64,000 nucleotides of DNA from a virus. The position numbers and the translations under genes were made by a program. Numbering within the stretch: the stretch's first letter is position 1; each line of letters starts with the position of its first letter. Shown here one piece after another: positions 1-10,344 of this stretch. The notes below the pieces were generated by a model that worked only from the letters and a program-made list of their open reading frames with translations, searched no databases and was not told the DNA's origin. The DNA is taken from the IMG/VR virus record IMGVR_UViG_3300047650_000023; one strand, 5' to 3'.

Positions 1-51
1 TAAAACCATAATTCTTAATTAATAAAATTGAAGTAGAATCTAAATTAATAT

Positions 52-261
52 CTATTTAATTCTATCTTTAATTTTATTAAATATTTCACAATCAATGCAA
101 GACCTTTCTCCTAAATAGTTATTAATACAAAATGGATTGTTTGTACTACTATAAGCATGACATGTGCAACCACCTGTTATTTCTTTTGCTGTTTCATAAT
201 TCATCTCGTTCACATTAAGATTTAAATTATCAAACAAATTTTTTACCTCAGTATTATTCAT
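52..261 (-). CDS. Small Cys-containing hypothetical protein
   Basis: 69-aa ORF, co-oriented with its neighbours. Confidence 0.55.
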   Translation of the reverse strand: MNNTEVKNLFDNLNLNVNEMNYETAKEITGGCTCHAYSSTNNPFCINNYLGERSCIDCEIFNKIKDRIK

Positions 262-296
262 TATTATTTCTTCTTTAATTATTAATTTATTATTGT

Positions 297-1310
297 TTAA
301 CTTGCTAATTGGTCTTCGTTATGTAATTGCAAATATTCATCATAATACATCCAAACCAATGGTGTCCCATCTGGGAGTTTTCCTACTGATTTCTGTTTTC
401 CTTTACAACAATTTTGAATATTATTAATATTATATTTTTCTGACGCTTCTTTGGTAGTATTAAATATTTCATTAGTAGTAATACAAATTACTTTTTTTAT
501 ATGATTATTTTTATATGTTTTTTTATCATTACCTACTTTCAAATACTCACTATAATACATCCATTGTAATAGCTCACTTGTAATCGGGTGCTTACCACAA
601 GATTTTCTTCGACCATTACAACATGCACAAATACTACTATAATCTATATTATATTTCAGACTAGCTTCTTTTTCTGTATTAAATATTTCTTTTGTATTAA
701 TACAAACAATTGACTTTTTATTAAAACTATCTTTCCCTGTAAATAATCCATAAATATCTTTATTCCAAGGAATACAACCTTTTTTATTTTCACTCATTTT
801 TTCTTTAGATTCATCACTCATGTGTTTTCCGAACCAATAAGAATTTTTACTTTTTAATATTGCATGATTATTTTTAATCTTTTCGATTGATTCCTTTGTA
901 TGGTGTCTTCCATACCACGATGAATTAATTCCACTATATTTACCTTTCCTTGTTTCACTTATTCTATTATAAATATTTTTAATTTCATCATCTGTTTTAC
1001 CTAATATTAAATTTCCACCATCTCCACCAGAAGCAATATTATAATAGTCATTTGACTCAGTAGCATTGTGATTTTTTATGTATTCTATTTCTAATTGATT
1101 TAATTCTTCTTTAGAATAAGCTATTGAGAGTATTTCACGAATAAAGTTTTCTTTACCATATTTGATTATCGCACGTTTTAAGTGTTTTCCACTTCCCAAA
1201 TATGTAATCCACGTATTAGATATATCAAATTTCTTTTGACCAATATACTTTTTACCATTGATTAAATTAGTTGTGATATAAATAAATCCATAAGGATCTT
1301 TTACTTCCAA
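297..1310 (-). CDS. GIY-YIG homing endonuclease with NUMOD3-like and NUMOD1-like DNA-binding repeats
   Basis: GFIYITTNLINGKKYIGQ motif, HHTKES/KHMSDESK repeats and C-terminal SICACCNGRRKSCG; likely TTG start at 1310 after SD GGGAGG (ORF track starts at 1346). Confidence 0.9.
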   Translation of the reverse strand: MEVKDPYGFIYITTNLINGKKYIGQKKFDISNTWITYLGSGKHLKRAIIKYGKENFIREILSIAYSKEELNQLEIEYIKNHNATESNDYYNIASGGDGGNLILGKTDDEIKNIYNRISETRKGKYSGINSSWYGRHHTKESIEKIKNNHAILKSKNSYWFGKHMSDESKEKMSENKKGCIPWNKDIYGLFTGKDSFNKKSIVCINTKEIFNTEKEASLKYNIDYSSICACCNGRRKSCGKHPITSELLQWMYYSEYLKVGNDKKTYKNNHIKKVICITTNEIFNTTKEASEKYNINNIQNCCKGKQKSVGKLPDGTPLVWMYYDEYLQLHNEDQLAS

Positions 1311-1406
1311 TATTTTATCCTCCCTGATCAGAGGAGGTGTGTACACACATTTTAACTTGCAAGTTCTCCTTAATACTATCCTTTCTTAAAATTTAATATT
1401 AATTTA

Positions 1407-1565
1407 TTATAGTACCCAATCGTCTTCAATATGTTCGCAAATTCTATAATGATTTCTATCGTCTTTAATAAATTCTGCCATAACATTATCAATCTTAACA
1501 AGTTGATAATTACTCTTTATAAACTTCCTTACATGCTTTCTACGTGAATTATAACTAAGGCTCAT
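1407..1565 (-). CDS. 52-aa hypothetical protein (below ORF-track cutoff)
   Basis: MSLSYNSRRKHVRKF...EDDWVL with SD AAGGAG upstream. Confidence 0.55.
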   Translation of the reverse strand: MSLSYNSRRKHVRKFIKSNYQLVKIDNVMAEFIKDDRNHYRICEHIEDDWVL

Positions 1566-1620
1566 TACTTATTTCTCCTTTAGTTTTAAAATGTGAATCA
1601 ACTACCAATTTGGTAGTATA

Positions 1621-1884
1621 TCATATTTCAATTTGTTTCAATAGTGTAAAATCAATAGTATTATCAAAATCATTTATATCTCCAATATGTATTGCGACAT
1701 AATAACAATCTGAACCGTTTAAAATAATAGTTGCTCTGTATTGATTATCTTCTAGGGTTTCTTGAAAGAAATACGGTGGACAATTATGGGCATATATCAA
1801 TGAATTATTAGGAATTTGATTTTTTAAATAAGAAATAACTTGATTCTGAATTAATTTAACGTCTTGTAAATATAATTTATTCAT
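1621..1884 (-). CDS. Hypothetical protein
   Basis: 87-aa ORF with SD AAAGGA. Confidence 0.6.
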   Translation of the reverse strand: MNKLYLQDVKLIQNQVISYLKNQIPNNSLIYAHNCPPYFFQETLEDNQYRATIILNGSDCYYVAIHIGDINDFDNTIDFTLLKQIEI

Positions 1885-1907
1885 TTAATTACCGTCCTTT
1901 TCATTCA

Positions 1908-2549
1908 TCAAAGTTTATCGTATTCATCTTTCATTTTTAATACATTTTGAACTGCTTTAGTAATATAAATTCCTTTTCTTTTAGCATGTTTCATACCCTT
2001 AATACCTAGCCCATATGCAACCAAACCTGATTTTTGTCCATATGATAAGAGCAATGGTTTTAAAACTATAATTCCAGCCTTAATGTTCTGATAAGGGTCG
2101 AGAAGATTAGTTATACCTTGTTTTTTTAAGTCTGGAATATGACAACTATTCACTTGGCACAAACCTCGATCTATACTGTGATTACTATTAATGTGAATCT
2201 TATTAGCTTCAAATCGGCTTTCCTCCCACATAATACTCAGTAATAGTTTATAGTCCACATTATTTGTTCTACATAAATCATAAGTGTATTCCTGTAACTC
2301 TTTAGAAAGTGGAATTTGCGGAATATAATACGAATAATCAACTGGTGTTACTTTAGTTTGTTTTACAAATTTATTGTTACTATATTCAATTTTAAATTGC
2401 TCATTCTTTAATTCTGCTATTGAGGAATATTTTTCTATTACCTCAACAGTTTTGGGTTTTATGTTTATATTAGGTATTTGAGTATTCATTATAACGAAAT
2501 TCAAAGCCAATACAAAACATATGACCTTTTTATAAGACATTTTCGCCAC
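1908..2549 (-). CDS. Lytic transglycosylase (SLT domain) with N-terminal hydrophobic anchor
   Basis: LLLSIMWEESRF (catalytic Glu), DRGLCQVN and DPYQNIKAG motifs. Confidence 0.85.
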   Translation of the reverse strand: MAKMSYKKVICFVLALNFVIMNTQIPNINIKPKTVEVIEKYSSIAELKNEQFKIEYSNNKFVKQTKVTPVDYSYYIPQIPLSKELQEYTYDLCRTNNVDYKLLLSIMWEESRFEANKIHINSNHSIDRGLCQVNSCHIPDLKKQGITNLLDPYQNIKAGIIVLKPLLLSYGQKSGLVAYGLGIKGMKHAKRKGIYITKAVQNVLKMKDEYDKL

Positions 2550-2559
2550 CCTTTACTTT

Positions 2560-2796
2560 TTAATTTATAGGATAATTTTTAACTAAAAAACTCTGTCTCT
2601 TTTCTAGTTTATCGTTATATTTGACACAATAACTATCTTCATATAATGCTTTACAAACTTCGCTTCCATATTCAGATAATATTTTATTCATAGATTCAAT
2701 AAATTGTTTATGCAATTTACTACTTTCATTATAATCTTCTAAATTATCTTTTACTTCAAAGTCTATTGTAAATCTATGTTTACCCATTAATATCAC
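2560..2796 (-). CDS. Hypothetical protein
   Basis: 78-aa ORF in co-oriented array. Confidence 0.6.
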   Translation of the reverse strand: MILMGKHRFTIDFEVKDNLEDYNESSKLHKQFIESMNKILSEYGSEVCKALYEDSYCVKYNDKLEKRQSFLVKNYPIN

Positions 2797-2842
2797 TTCT
2801 TTCAGTTTATTTATTCTATAGAAAGATAATTTGGTTAGGATT

Positions 2843-3154
2843 TTACAACATATATTTATTTGATATATCAGACCATATTTCTTGAAGAAAAGTATCGTGT
2901 TTTTCTTCTTCGTCTACATATGCCAAACTTAAAAAATATCGTTCCCAACATTGAAGTTTTTCTTCTGTTGTACAATGATCTTGACCATCAAAATCAAATT
3001 GTTCGTCTTTTTCTATACACTTCTTTTCACCCATATACCGAATATTTTGAGAAAAAGCAATATAAGGACATTCTTTATTTTCATCTATAAATATTCTTTT
3101 ACAAGTTAATCGTAACGCTTTTTTATAATCTTCAATTTTAAAATCTATATCCAT
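2843..3154 (-). CDS. Hypothetical protein
   Basis: 103-aa ORF with SD AGGAG; junction motif on both sides (2818, 3174). Confidence 0.65.
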   Translation of the reverse strand: MDIDFKIEDYKKALRLTCKRIFIDENKECPYIAFSQNIRYMGEKKCIEKDEQFDFDGQDHCTTEEKLQCWERYFLSLAYVDEEEKHDTFLQEIWSDISNKYML

Positions 3155-3535
3155 TTTAATCTCCTTTTCTACTATAAAATATAATTTTGGTCGTATTTTA
3201 GTTTTCTTTTTTAAATTTTCGTAATATCATCTGCCCCACATTCAGCTTCGTTTAGTATTTCTTCAAGATTATTATAACATTCATTTACGTCAAGAATATA
3301 CATTGTTGCTTTATATAGTTTAGCCATTATATTTTCCTTTCTCAACTACCATCAAATTTAAGATTGATTCACTTTATATATACATCCAAATAATGATATG
3401 ATAAGAATAATCATTGAAGTCATACAAATTTTCATGCTAAATGAATTTAAAGTCCAAAATACAATTAATCCAGAAAAGAAAAATATAATTGCACAAATAA
3501 TAGCTGCTTTTTTAAAAAAGTTTAAACTCATAATT

Positions 3536-3838
3536 TCACTCTTTCTTAACCCAATAATCAGGATATTCTCGTCTCAAAATCCTCATAGCTAATATTTGTT
3601 GGCATTTATGTATTCCATCTTGAAATATATCAATGTCATCTGGATGTTGTTTTTCTAATTGATTATATTCATTCCAAGCTGAAATTAGATTATCTATAAC
3701 TTTCTGTTCTTGCTCTGTTAAACCTGAATTTATTTCTACTTCCATATAACCACAAGTAGTACATCTATATTGTTGAAAATACGAATCCCAATCCATTAAA
3801 TCACTACATTGAGGACACATTTTAGTTTTATGAATCAT
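3536..3838 (-). CDS. Hypothetical protein with N-terminal Zn-ribbon
   Basis: CPQC...CTTC; SD AAGGAG. Confidence 0.65.
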   Translation of the reverse strand: MIHKTKMCPQCSDLMDWDSYFQQYRCTTCGYMEVEINSGLTEQEQKVIDNLISAWNEYNQLEKQHPDDIDIFQDGIHKCQQILAMRILRREYPDYWVKKE

Positions 3839-3882
3839 GATTATTTTACTCCTTTTTCTAAATCTCTAATCAATTTTAAAAT

Positions 3883-4080
3883 TTATTGACAGTCGCATGT
3901 ATCTTCGTGACATTGAATTATGTCTATTGTTTGATATCTTAATTGACTTTGAATTGAAAATAATAAATCGTTAAAATCTGGTCTATCTTCTTCTAAATCT
4001 ATATGTAGATTTGAATAAATCTCTATCCTAAGATTTTCAATTTCATCTGCAATTTCTTTTAATCTATTACTATAATACGT
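3883..4080 (-). CDS. 65-aa hypothetical protein with ACG start (or start-codon mutant)
   Basis: SD GAGGTG, 6 nt, then ACG TAT TAT AGT...; in-frame TAA directly before ACG; stop lies inside junction motif 3869-3886. Confidence 0.5.
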   Translation of the reverse strand, partial: TYYSNRLKEIADEIENLRIEIYSNLHIDLEEDRPDFNDLLFSIQSQLRYQTIDIIQCHEDTCDCQ

Positions 4081-4127
4081 TTACCTCACCTCTTAACTAT
4101 CGTAGAATGGCAGATTGATGATATATT

Positions 4128-4400
4128 TTAATTACTTATATATAATGAACCATTTGCTTTTAATCTTGGTGTTATAGCAATTGCAGGACTATCTCCACCA
4201 TAACCTCCTGATCCTGATACAACTATATAATTTACACCAGTATCTTTATCTACAACATACATGGTGCTATAATTTCCATTATTATTTTGCGCCCATATTT
4301 GAAGTGGTGCTGTTTGGTCATCTGCTGTTACTGTTTTAGATGAACATGCTCCCAAACCAAACATTGTTATTAAAATCATAATCATTAATATTTTCTTCAT
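4128..4400 (-). CDS. Small lipoprotein
   Basis: Signal peptide with lipobox LGAC; YVVDKDTGVNYIV...AITPRL pattern. Confidence 0.75.
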   Translation of the reverse strand: MKKILMIMILITMFGLGACSSKTVTADDQTAPLQIWAQNNNGNYSTMYVVDKDTGVNYIVVSGSGGYGGDSPAIAITPRLKANGSLYISN

Positions 4401-4440
4401 TATTTCAATTCTTCTTTCTAAATCTCATAGATTTGTAATT

Positions 4441-4671
4441 CTATAAGATTTTTCGTAAACTTAACTTTTCCATATCATAATTGTTTCTGATATAATCTAC
4501 TAAATTATTAATTGTTATTTTAATAAATTCGTCTTTTAATTCTGAACGACAATAGCAATTACAAGAATTTTCTTTTCCATTTTGTTTATATTTATTAAGA
4601 CTAAATGTTACTTTAAATAATAATATATCATCAGGATTCTTTATTATTTTCTTTTTTAACCATTTGAACAT
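4441..4671 (-). CDS. Hypothetical protein
   Basis: 76-aa ORF; TAG stop inside junction motif 4427-4444. Confidence 0.6.
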   Translation of the reverse strand: MFKWLKKKIIKNPDDILLFKVTFSLNKYKQNGKENSCNCYCRSELKDEFIKITINNLVDYIRNNYDMEKLSLRKIL

Positions 4672-4717
4672 AATTCATTTTCCTTTCCTTTCTCAAACTT
4701 ACAATGAATCCATGAAT

Positions 4718-4915
4718 CTATTGTACTCGACCTAATATAAATTTTGTTTGATTAATTCCAAATGGAAAACTTGCAATACAAACCCAATTACTTTTTAATC
4801 TCCAAGATAATTCTTTTGTATCTGTTGTTTCAAAAACTTCTTTAACCATTGGAAATACATTGTTTTGTGGTTTAAATTCAGCTTCTCTAATAATTTTATC
4901 AAATTCATTTTCCAT
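4718..4915 (-). CDS. Hypothetical protein
   Basis: 65-aa ORF; TAG stop inside junction motif 4704-4721. Confidence 0.6.
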   Translation of the reverse strand: MENEFDKIIREAEFKPQNNVFPMVKEVFETTDTKELSWRLKSNWVCIASFPFGINQTKFILGRVQ

Positions 4916-4953
4916 AATATTTTTACCTTTCTAATTATAATTCATTAAGAGAT

Positions 4954-5373
4954 TTAATTGCTTGAGTTGCCTAGATATCCGCTTAAATTACTAAGAACAT
5001 GTTGATATGCCCAATATTGTGGATTACCAAAAGCATTTATAATATTATTTAAATCTATAATTAAAACGATAGCAAAAGAAAATATTAAACAGGACGATAT
5101 AACTATTTTTATAATTGTCCAATTTTCATTATATTTTTTATTATAATCATCATTTATTATTAAAGATATAGATTTTTTCAATACAATAATGCTTAATATT
5201 ATAACTATTAACCCTATAGCACACCATAAAATAGATTTAATTCCACTTATATAAGCTTGATGTACATACAAAGCAAATAATTGTTTTACATATCCACTAA
5301 TTTGATTTGCAGCCATGCCTAATTTACTTGCTATATTATTTATCACATTATTAATTTGATTTGAAACATTCAT
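4954..5373 (-). CDS. Membrane protein (2 TM)
   Basis: Two long hydrophobic segments. Confidence 0.7.
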   Translation of the reverse strand: MNVSNQINNVINNIASKLGMAANQISGYVKQLFALYVHQAYISGIKSILWCAIGLIVIILSIIVLKKSISLIINDDYNKKYNENWTIIKIVISSCLIFSFAIVLIIDLNNIINAFGNPQYWAYQHVLSNLSGYLGNSSN

Positions 5374-5669
5374 TAATTTTTACCTCTTTCTATTCCTAAT
5401 TTATCTTTATTTATTAATTGTTTAAGTCTACTTATAATTTCAGGTGTCATCGATATAGACGAGTCATCTTCTAAATCACGCATGAAATTAGTATATTTCT
5501 TAAATTCAGACTATGTCTTATATTTATTTGCATTTTTTCTTATCTCTTTTCGTATTTGTCTATATAGTGATTTTTCACTATATAATTCATGAGTATAGAA
5601 ATACGCAACTCGCCTATAACATAATTCATTGATTGTAGCTTTGTTAATTTCTTTTTGATATTTATTCAT
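5373..5669 (-). pseudogene. Hypothetical gene with in-frame TAG at 5511-5513
   Basis: Frame stays open 45 more codons (SEFKKYTNFMRDL...ERGKN) and ends in a TAATG overlap with the next gene. Confidence 0.6.
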
Positions 5670-5886
5670 GAAGATATTTATTTCTCTTATTATAAAGCTT
5701 ATTATACATTTCTGGTTCACCTAAATAAGCAAAAGGTATTGCAGAATATTTATTTAAGAATTTAGTTAGTTTATTGTTATAATAATTAAACCAAATTTTA
5801 TACCATAATATTTTCATTTTTATTCCTTTTATTCTATCTGTTTTTATTATCTTTATCAATATCTGGATGAAATGAAAAATTCTCAT
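5662..5886 (-). CDS. Hypothetical protein
   Basis: ORF track; real start probably MKILWYK. Confidence 0.5.
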   Translation of the reverse strand: MRIFHFIQILIKIIKTDRIKGIKMKILWYKIWFNYYNNKLTKFLNKYSAIPFAYLGEPEMYNKLYNKRNKYLHE

Positions 5887-6259
5887 TTAGGATTACTGCT
5901 TTTAATTTTTCTGGTTTTTGTACAGCACTTTTACAGCAAGTAGGTGGAGGGGTAAATTCGTGTAAATGTCCTTCTATTTTATCAATTGCTGTTTCAGCAG
6001 TGAGAGCGCATTCATGACATATATATAATTTTTTATTTTTTGATAATTGATATTTAAATGACCAGCCTTTTTCTCTTTTAAATTGTTGTTTACAAAAATA
6101 ACAATCTTTCCATAGAAAAGGATTTAATTTTACTAAACTATATTTTTCATAACCAATTTCTTTATAATAATCTTCTTTTGATTTTTCTCTTTTCATATTT
6201 ATCCTTTCTAACACAACTATGATCAAATCAAGAATTGATTGACTCTTCATTATAGTCAA
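5834..6259 (-). CDS. Hypothetical protein with Cys pairs
   Basis: CYFC...CHEC; likely start MKREKSK after SD GAAAGGA. Confidence 0.6.
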   Translation of the reverse strand: MTIMKSQSILDLIIVVLERINMKREKSKEDYYKEIGYEKYSLVKLNPFLWKDCYFCKQQFKREKGWSFKYQLSKNKKLYICHECALTAETAIDKIEGHLHEFTPPPTCCKSAVQKPEKLKAVILNENFSFHPDIDKDNKNR

Positions 6260-6599
6260 ATGTAAATGTAGTTTTATTTTCTAACAATAGTTTAAGTATT
6301 TTGTCCTGTTTACTTATTCGATTATTATAAATATTATTTTCTTGAATATCTTTAACAATCTGATTTGTACACACTTTCTTCATCATTTCCTTATCCGATA
6401 ATATTTTTATTGCTGATTCAATTTGATTATCAGCATCGTTTTCTTTAGTCCAAATCGTACTATAAAGAATATCTATTCTTGTTTTATGATACCATCGTTC
6501 ATTATCTCTCTTATATTTTATAGATAGCCAAATTTGATAATTCAACAAAGTATAATCTATTGTGGTATAATTAGGTTTTACAACAACTGAAATATTCAT
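6228..6599 (-). CDS. Hypothetical protein
   Basis: 123-aa ORF with SD AAGGAG. Confidence 0.65.
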   Translation of the reverse strand: MNISVVVKPNYTTIDYTLLNYQIWLSIKYKRDNERWYHKTRIDILYSTIWTKENDADNQIESAIKILSDKEMMKKVCTNQIVKDIQENNIYNNRISKQDKILKLLLENKTTFTFDYNEESINS

Positions 6600-6656
6600 A
6601 TTATTTCTCCTTTAGTTTTTATTAATACTACGATCAAATCGATATTTTATGTGTTT

Positions 6657-7190
6657 TTAACCGTTATATTTATTATAAATCATTTTATCAGTCCAACCTT
6701 CATTTTCGCGCAATGACTTGATTTCAGTTAAAATATCTCTACATACTTTTCTATATTTGTTAATCAAACTAAATTCATTTTTATACATTTCTTTTTCATA
6801 TTCATCATAATCTGTAGAATTATCATATACAAAATCTGGATCACATTTTATATCTATTTTACGAGTTATTGTAATCCATTCAATTCCGTTATTGTAATAG
6901 TATTTAGTATTATCAATATTTGGATTGTCTAATGTATTACCTATATTTATTTCAAAATCAAAATCAATTTCATTACCGTTTAAGTATCTTTTAAGTGTTA
7001 TATCTACATATTGATATTCTTGAATAGAATCAAAATCGCTTGTCTCCCATTCTGAAACACTATTGAGATAATCATTGCTTTTAGAAGCAATTTGAACATA
7101 CTCTTCTGCTTTATATTTATTAGTAAAAATTTTTTCAATACAATAATCTGAATAGCATCCTGAAGTAATTACATAAATTTTCATAACCAA
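6657..7190 (-). CDS. Conserved phage hypothetical protein
   Basis: N-terminal KIYVITSGCYSDYCIEKIFT..KAEEY pattern common in Firmicute phage ORFs. Confidence 0.7.
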   Translation of the reverse strand: MVMKIYVITSGCYSDYCIEKIFTNKYKAEEYVQIASKSNDYLNSVSEWETSDFDSIQEYQYVDITLKRYLNGNEIDFDFEINIGNTLDNPNIDNTKYYYNNGIEWITITRKIDIKCDPDFVYDNSTDYDEYEKEMYKNEFSLINKYRKVCRDILTEIKSLRENEGWTDKMIYNKYNG

Positions 7191-7246
7191 TTCTTCTTTC
7201 TTAATTTATAATTTTATACAATAAAACTGATGATTGATTGTATATT

Positions 7247-7450
7247 TCAACGATAAACATTAGAACTTTTAAATTTAAAGTAACCTTTATGATAACCACA
7301 TTTTTTACAAGTTACAGACACTCTTATGTTTGGTTGTTTAAGTATTTCATTTCCATATTCGTCAACAATAGTGTTACAATATGATTTTTCATCATATTCA
7401 AATTCATGTTTACAAAAACATTGTCGTATGTAATTGATAAACCATCTCAT
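7247..7450 (-). CDS. Small phage protein (CKH...CKKCG pattern)
   Basis: 67-aa ORF. Confidence 0.6.
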   Translation of the reverse strand: MRWFINYIRQCFCKHEFEYDEKSYCNTIVDEYGNEILKQPNIRVSVTCKKCGYHKGYFKFKSSNVYR

Positions 7451-7684
7451 TCAAATCATTTCCTCTTTATTTAATATTTTTATATTTATAATGTGCTTAA
7501 ATGGTATGCAAAGGTTATCTTTAGAATAATAAATATCATCAAAAATATCTAAATATTTTGAATCAAAACCTTTGATTTCACCTTTAAAAATCATTCTTTT
7601 AATATCTTCAATTTCAATAAAATCACCAATTTTAAATTCATTTTCATTAATAATTAATTTCTTTTCTATTCTAAAATCTATCAT
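7451..7684 (-). CDS. Hypothetical protein
   Basis: 77-aa ORF with SD GGAG. Confidence 0.6.
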   Translation of the reverse strand: MIDFRIEKKLIINENEFKIGDFIEIEDIKRMIFKGEIKGFDSKYLDIFDDIYYSKDNLCIPFKHIINIKILNKEEMI

Positions 7685-9668
7685 AATTAATCATCTCCTC
7701 AAAAGTTGTTTCATCAATAATCTTAACTCCAAGTTGTTTCGCTTTATCATACTTGCTACCAGCATTTTCGCCAACTAAAACATAATCAGTTTTCTTGCTC
7801 ACAGAGCTACTAGTCTTCGCTCCAAGCGATTCAAGTTTATCCTGAATACTTTGACGAGTATAGTTGATTAATGATCCAGTGACAACGATAGTCTTATCTC
7901 GGAAGGGATTAAATTTAGATGTAGAATTTGTAGTTATATTTGATGGTTCTAATTGAAAAGGCATATATCTTACTAAATCTAAAAACATTTCAAAATTTAT
8001 TTCATTGTTAAACCAATCATTTATACCATCCGATGTGATTTGACCAATATCATCAATAGCATTAAATTGAGTAGTCATTCCACATTCTATATTTTGTATA
8101 ATATCATCTAATAATTCTTGAATATTATTTTTATAAAATTTTGAGATAAGTTTAGAAGTGTTCAAACCACAATTCGGAATACCCATAGCAAAAATAAAAT
8201 TAGCCATTTTAACTTGTATTGAGTTTTGAATTGACTCCCATATTTTATTGTAGGATTTAATACCAAAACCTTCAAGTTTGATAATATCAGATTTATGACT
8301 ATCTAACTTGTAAATATCAGAAAAAGTCTTTAAAAATCCTTTGCTAATAAATGTTTCAATAATTGATTCAGATACACCAACAATATTCATAGCGTCACGA
8401 CTACAAAAATGTTCAAACTGTGCTACTTTCCTTGATGGACAGTCTTCATTAGTACACATTAAAACTCTTGCTGTTTTTAATGTTTTGACTTCCGTTTTAC
8501 TATTACATATAGGACATACATTTGGAATCTTTTCTGTGTTACTTCTTGTAAGATTGTCAGTAATCTTAGGCATCACTTCGTTAGCTTTAATTAGACAAAT
8601 TGTATCACCTTGACCTAATTGTAAATCTTCAAAATAATCTACATTATGAAGTGTAGCACGTTCAATAGTAGAACCTTCTATATCTGTTGGTTGAAATACT
8701 CCTACAGGACTAAGGATACCAGTTCTTGATGTGTTCCATTCTGTATGATCATACATAGTTTCATTTTCTTTGTTAAAAAATTTAAAAGCTTCTGCATTTA
8801 AAGGAAATTTAGCTGTTGACCCCAAACTATTTCCATAAGCAATATCGTTATATTTTAGAACCATTCCATCTATTGGTACACCATATTCTTTAGCAAGATT
8901 ACGCATTTTATTAATCTCATCTTGTAATTTGTCTACTGTAATATTACTTGATATTTTCGTATTAAAAATAGTATAGAAACCCAATTCACCTAAAAACTCA
9001 AATTGTTCTTCAACTGTTTCAAATTCTCTATCACATTCAATAATGTTAAATGCCATAAAGTTTACATTACGACTCGCACATATTTTTGAATCAAGATTCC
9101 TAACAGTTCCCGCAACGAGATTACGGCTATTAGCAAATCGACCATTTTCTTTTTCGTTTATTGCTTGAAAATCATTATCAAAAATAACTGCTTCGCCAGT
9201 TACTTTTAAATTCCCATCATAGTTAATGTGTAGCGGAACATTCTTAAATGTTTTTACGTTAAAAGAAACATCTTCTCCTATTATTGAATTTCCTCTTGTA
9301 CTACCTTGTATAAACTCACTATTATTATAGTCAAGTTCATGAGTTAAGCCATCACCCTTTAACATTAACATGCACTCTTTATTATTTTGAAATTTATATA
9401 ATTCATTAATATCTTTTGTTTTACCAAGTGAAAGTAAAGGTATTTTATGCTCGACTTTATTGAGTTTTGATTTTACTTCATAACCTACATTTTGAGTTGG
9501 ACTTGAAGATAATACTGTGCCTGTTTTTCTTTCAAGTTGAGCAAGTCTATCAAGCATATTGTCCCATTCACTGTCTGTCATTATCGGTGTTTCAGAATTA
9601 TAATATTTTGAACTTGCTAAATTTAATTGGTCAATTAGATTCATCATTTCTGTAATACTATCAATCAT
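7671..9668 (-). CDS. ligA: NAD-dependent DNA ligase
   Basis: LKGDG adenylation motif, STRGN, CPIC Zn finger, C-terminal BRCT (TIVVTGSL...VSKKTDYVLVGENAGSK). Confidence 0.97.
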   Translation of the reverse strand: MIDSITEMMNLIDQLNLASSKYYNSETPIMTDSEWDNMLDRLAQLERKTGTVLSSSPTQNVGYEVKSKLNKVEHKIPLLSLGKTKDINELYKFQNNKECMLMLKGDGLTHELDYNNSEFIQGSTRGNSIIGEDVSFNVKTFKNVPLHINYDGNLKVTGEAVIFDNDFQAINEKENGRFANSRNLVAGTVRNLDSKICASRNVNFMAFNIIECDREFETVEEQFEFLGELGFYTIFNTKISSNITVDKLQDEINKMRNLAKEYGVPIDGMVLKYNDIAYGNSLGSTAKFPLNAEAFKFFNKENETMYDHTEWNTSRTGILSPVGVFQPTDIEGSTIERATLHNVDYFEDLQLGQGDTICLIKANEVMPKITDNLTRSNTEKIPNVCPICNSKTEVKTLKTARVLMCTNEDCPSRKVAQFEHFCSRDAMNIVGVSESIIETFISKGFLKTFSDIYKLDSHKSDIIKLEGFGIKSYNKIWESIQNSIQVKMANFIFAMGIPNCGLNTSKLISKFYKNNIQELLDDIIQNIECGMTTQFNAIDDIGQITSDGINDWFNNEINFEMFLDLVRYMPFQLEPSNITTNSTSKFNPFRDKTIVVTGSLINYTRQSIQDKLESLGAKTSSSVSKKTDYVLVGENAGSKYDKAKQLGVKIIDETTFEEMINYDRF

Positions 9669-9721
9669 CGTTATTCTCCTTCATATTTTTAATTTCTTTC
9701 AACTACAATAAAACATTAATT

Positions 9722-10246
9722 TCATTGTATTAAATATCCCATTTCATTCAAGACATTTTTGCTTTTCTTTCTTATCGTACTCATAATTGTATTTTGACTT
9801 CGATTGAGTATTCCTCTTACATCGACAAAAATTAAATATGTATTAAATATTTTTTTCTGATTTATATTCATATTTGAAATTAATTTATTATAAGCCTCTT
9901 TTACTTCTAATATATTATAATCTGAATAATCTGGTAACATATCTATTTTTTGTGTAGAACAATTATCATCATCTATACGAATGTTTTCGTTTAATGAACA
10001 TTCTTTATTATGCTTATCTAAGTTTTTAAAATAATGATATAAAGAAAATTGCATACATTTATACGCATATCTGCTAAATTTACAACCAATATCAGGATTA
10101 TAGTTTACTACTGCATTACACAGACCTTCTGCTAAATATCCGTATGTATCACTTAATGAAAGATTTTTAAGTTTTACAAAACTATATATTAGATGCTCAT
10201 TTTTAGCTACGATTGTTCGTTGCTCTTGTGTAAGTTTGTACTTCAT
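9722..10246 (-). CDS. Phage sigma-70-family RNA polymerase sigma factor
   Basis: Region 2-like GLCNAVVNYNPDIGCKFSRYAYKCM followed by CSLNENI. Confidence 0.75.
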   Translation of the reverse strand: MKYKLTQEQRTIVAKNEHLIYSFVKLKNLSLSDTYGYLAEGLCNAVVNYNPDIGCKFSRYAYKCMQFSLYHYFKNLDKHNKECSLNENIRIDDDNCSTQKIDMLPDYSDYNILEVKEAYNKLISNMNINQKKIFNTYLIFVDVRGILNRSQNTIMSTIRKKSKNVLNEMGYLIQ

Positions 10247-10344
10247 TACATTTCACCTTTCTTAATTTATTTATTATTGAAACCAAAATTTATTGTTTCC
10301 ACGTTATTATCCTTTCTTTTAATTTGTTTTCTTTGACACTTATT

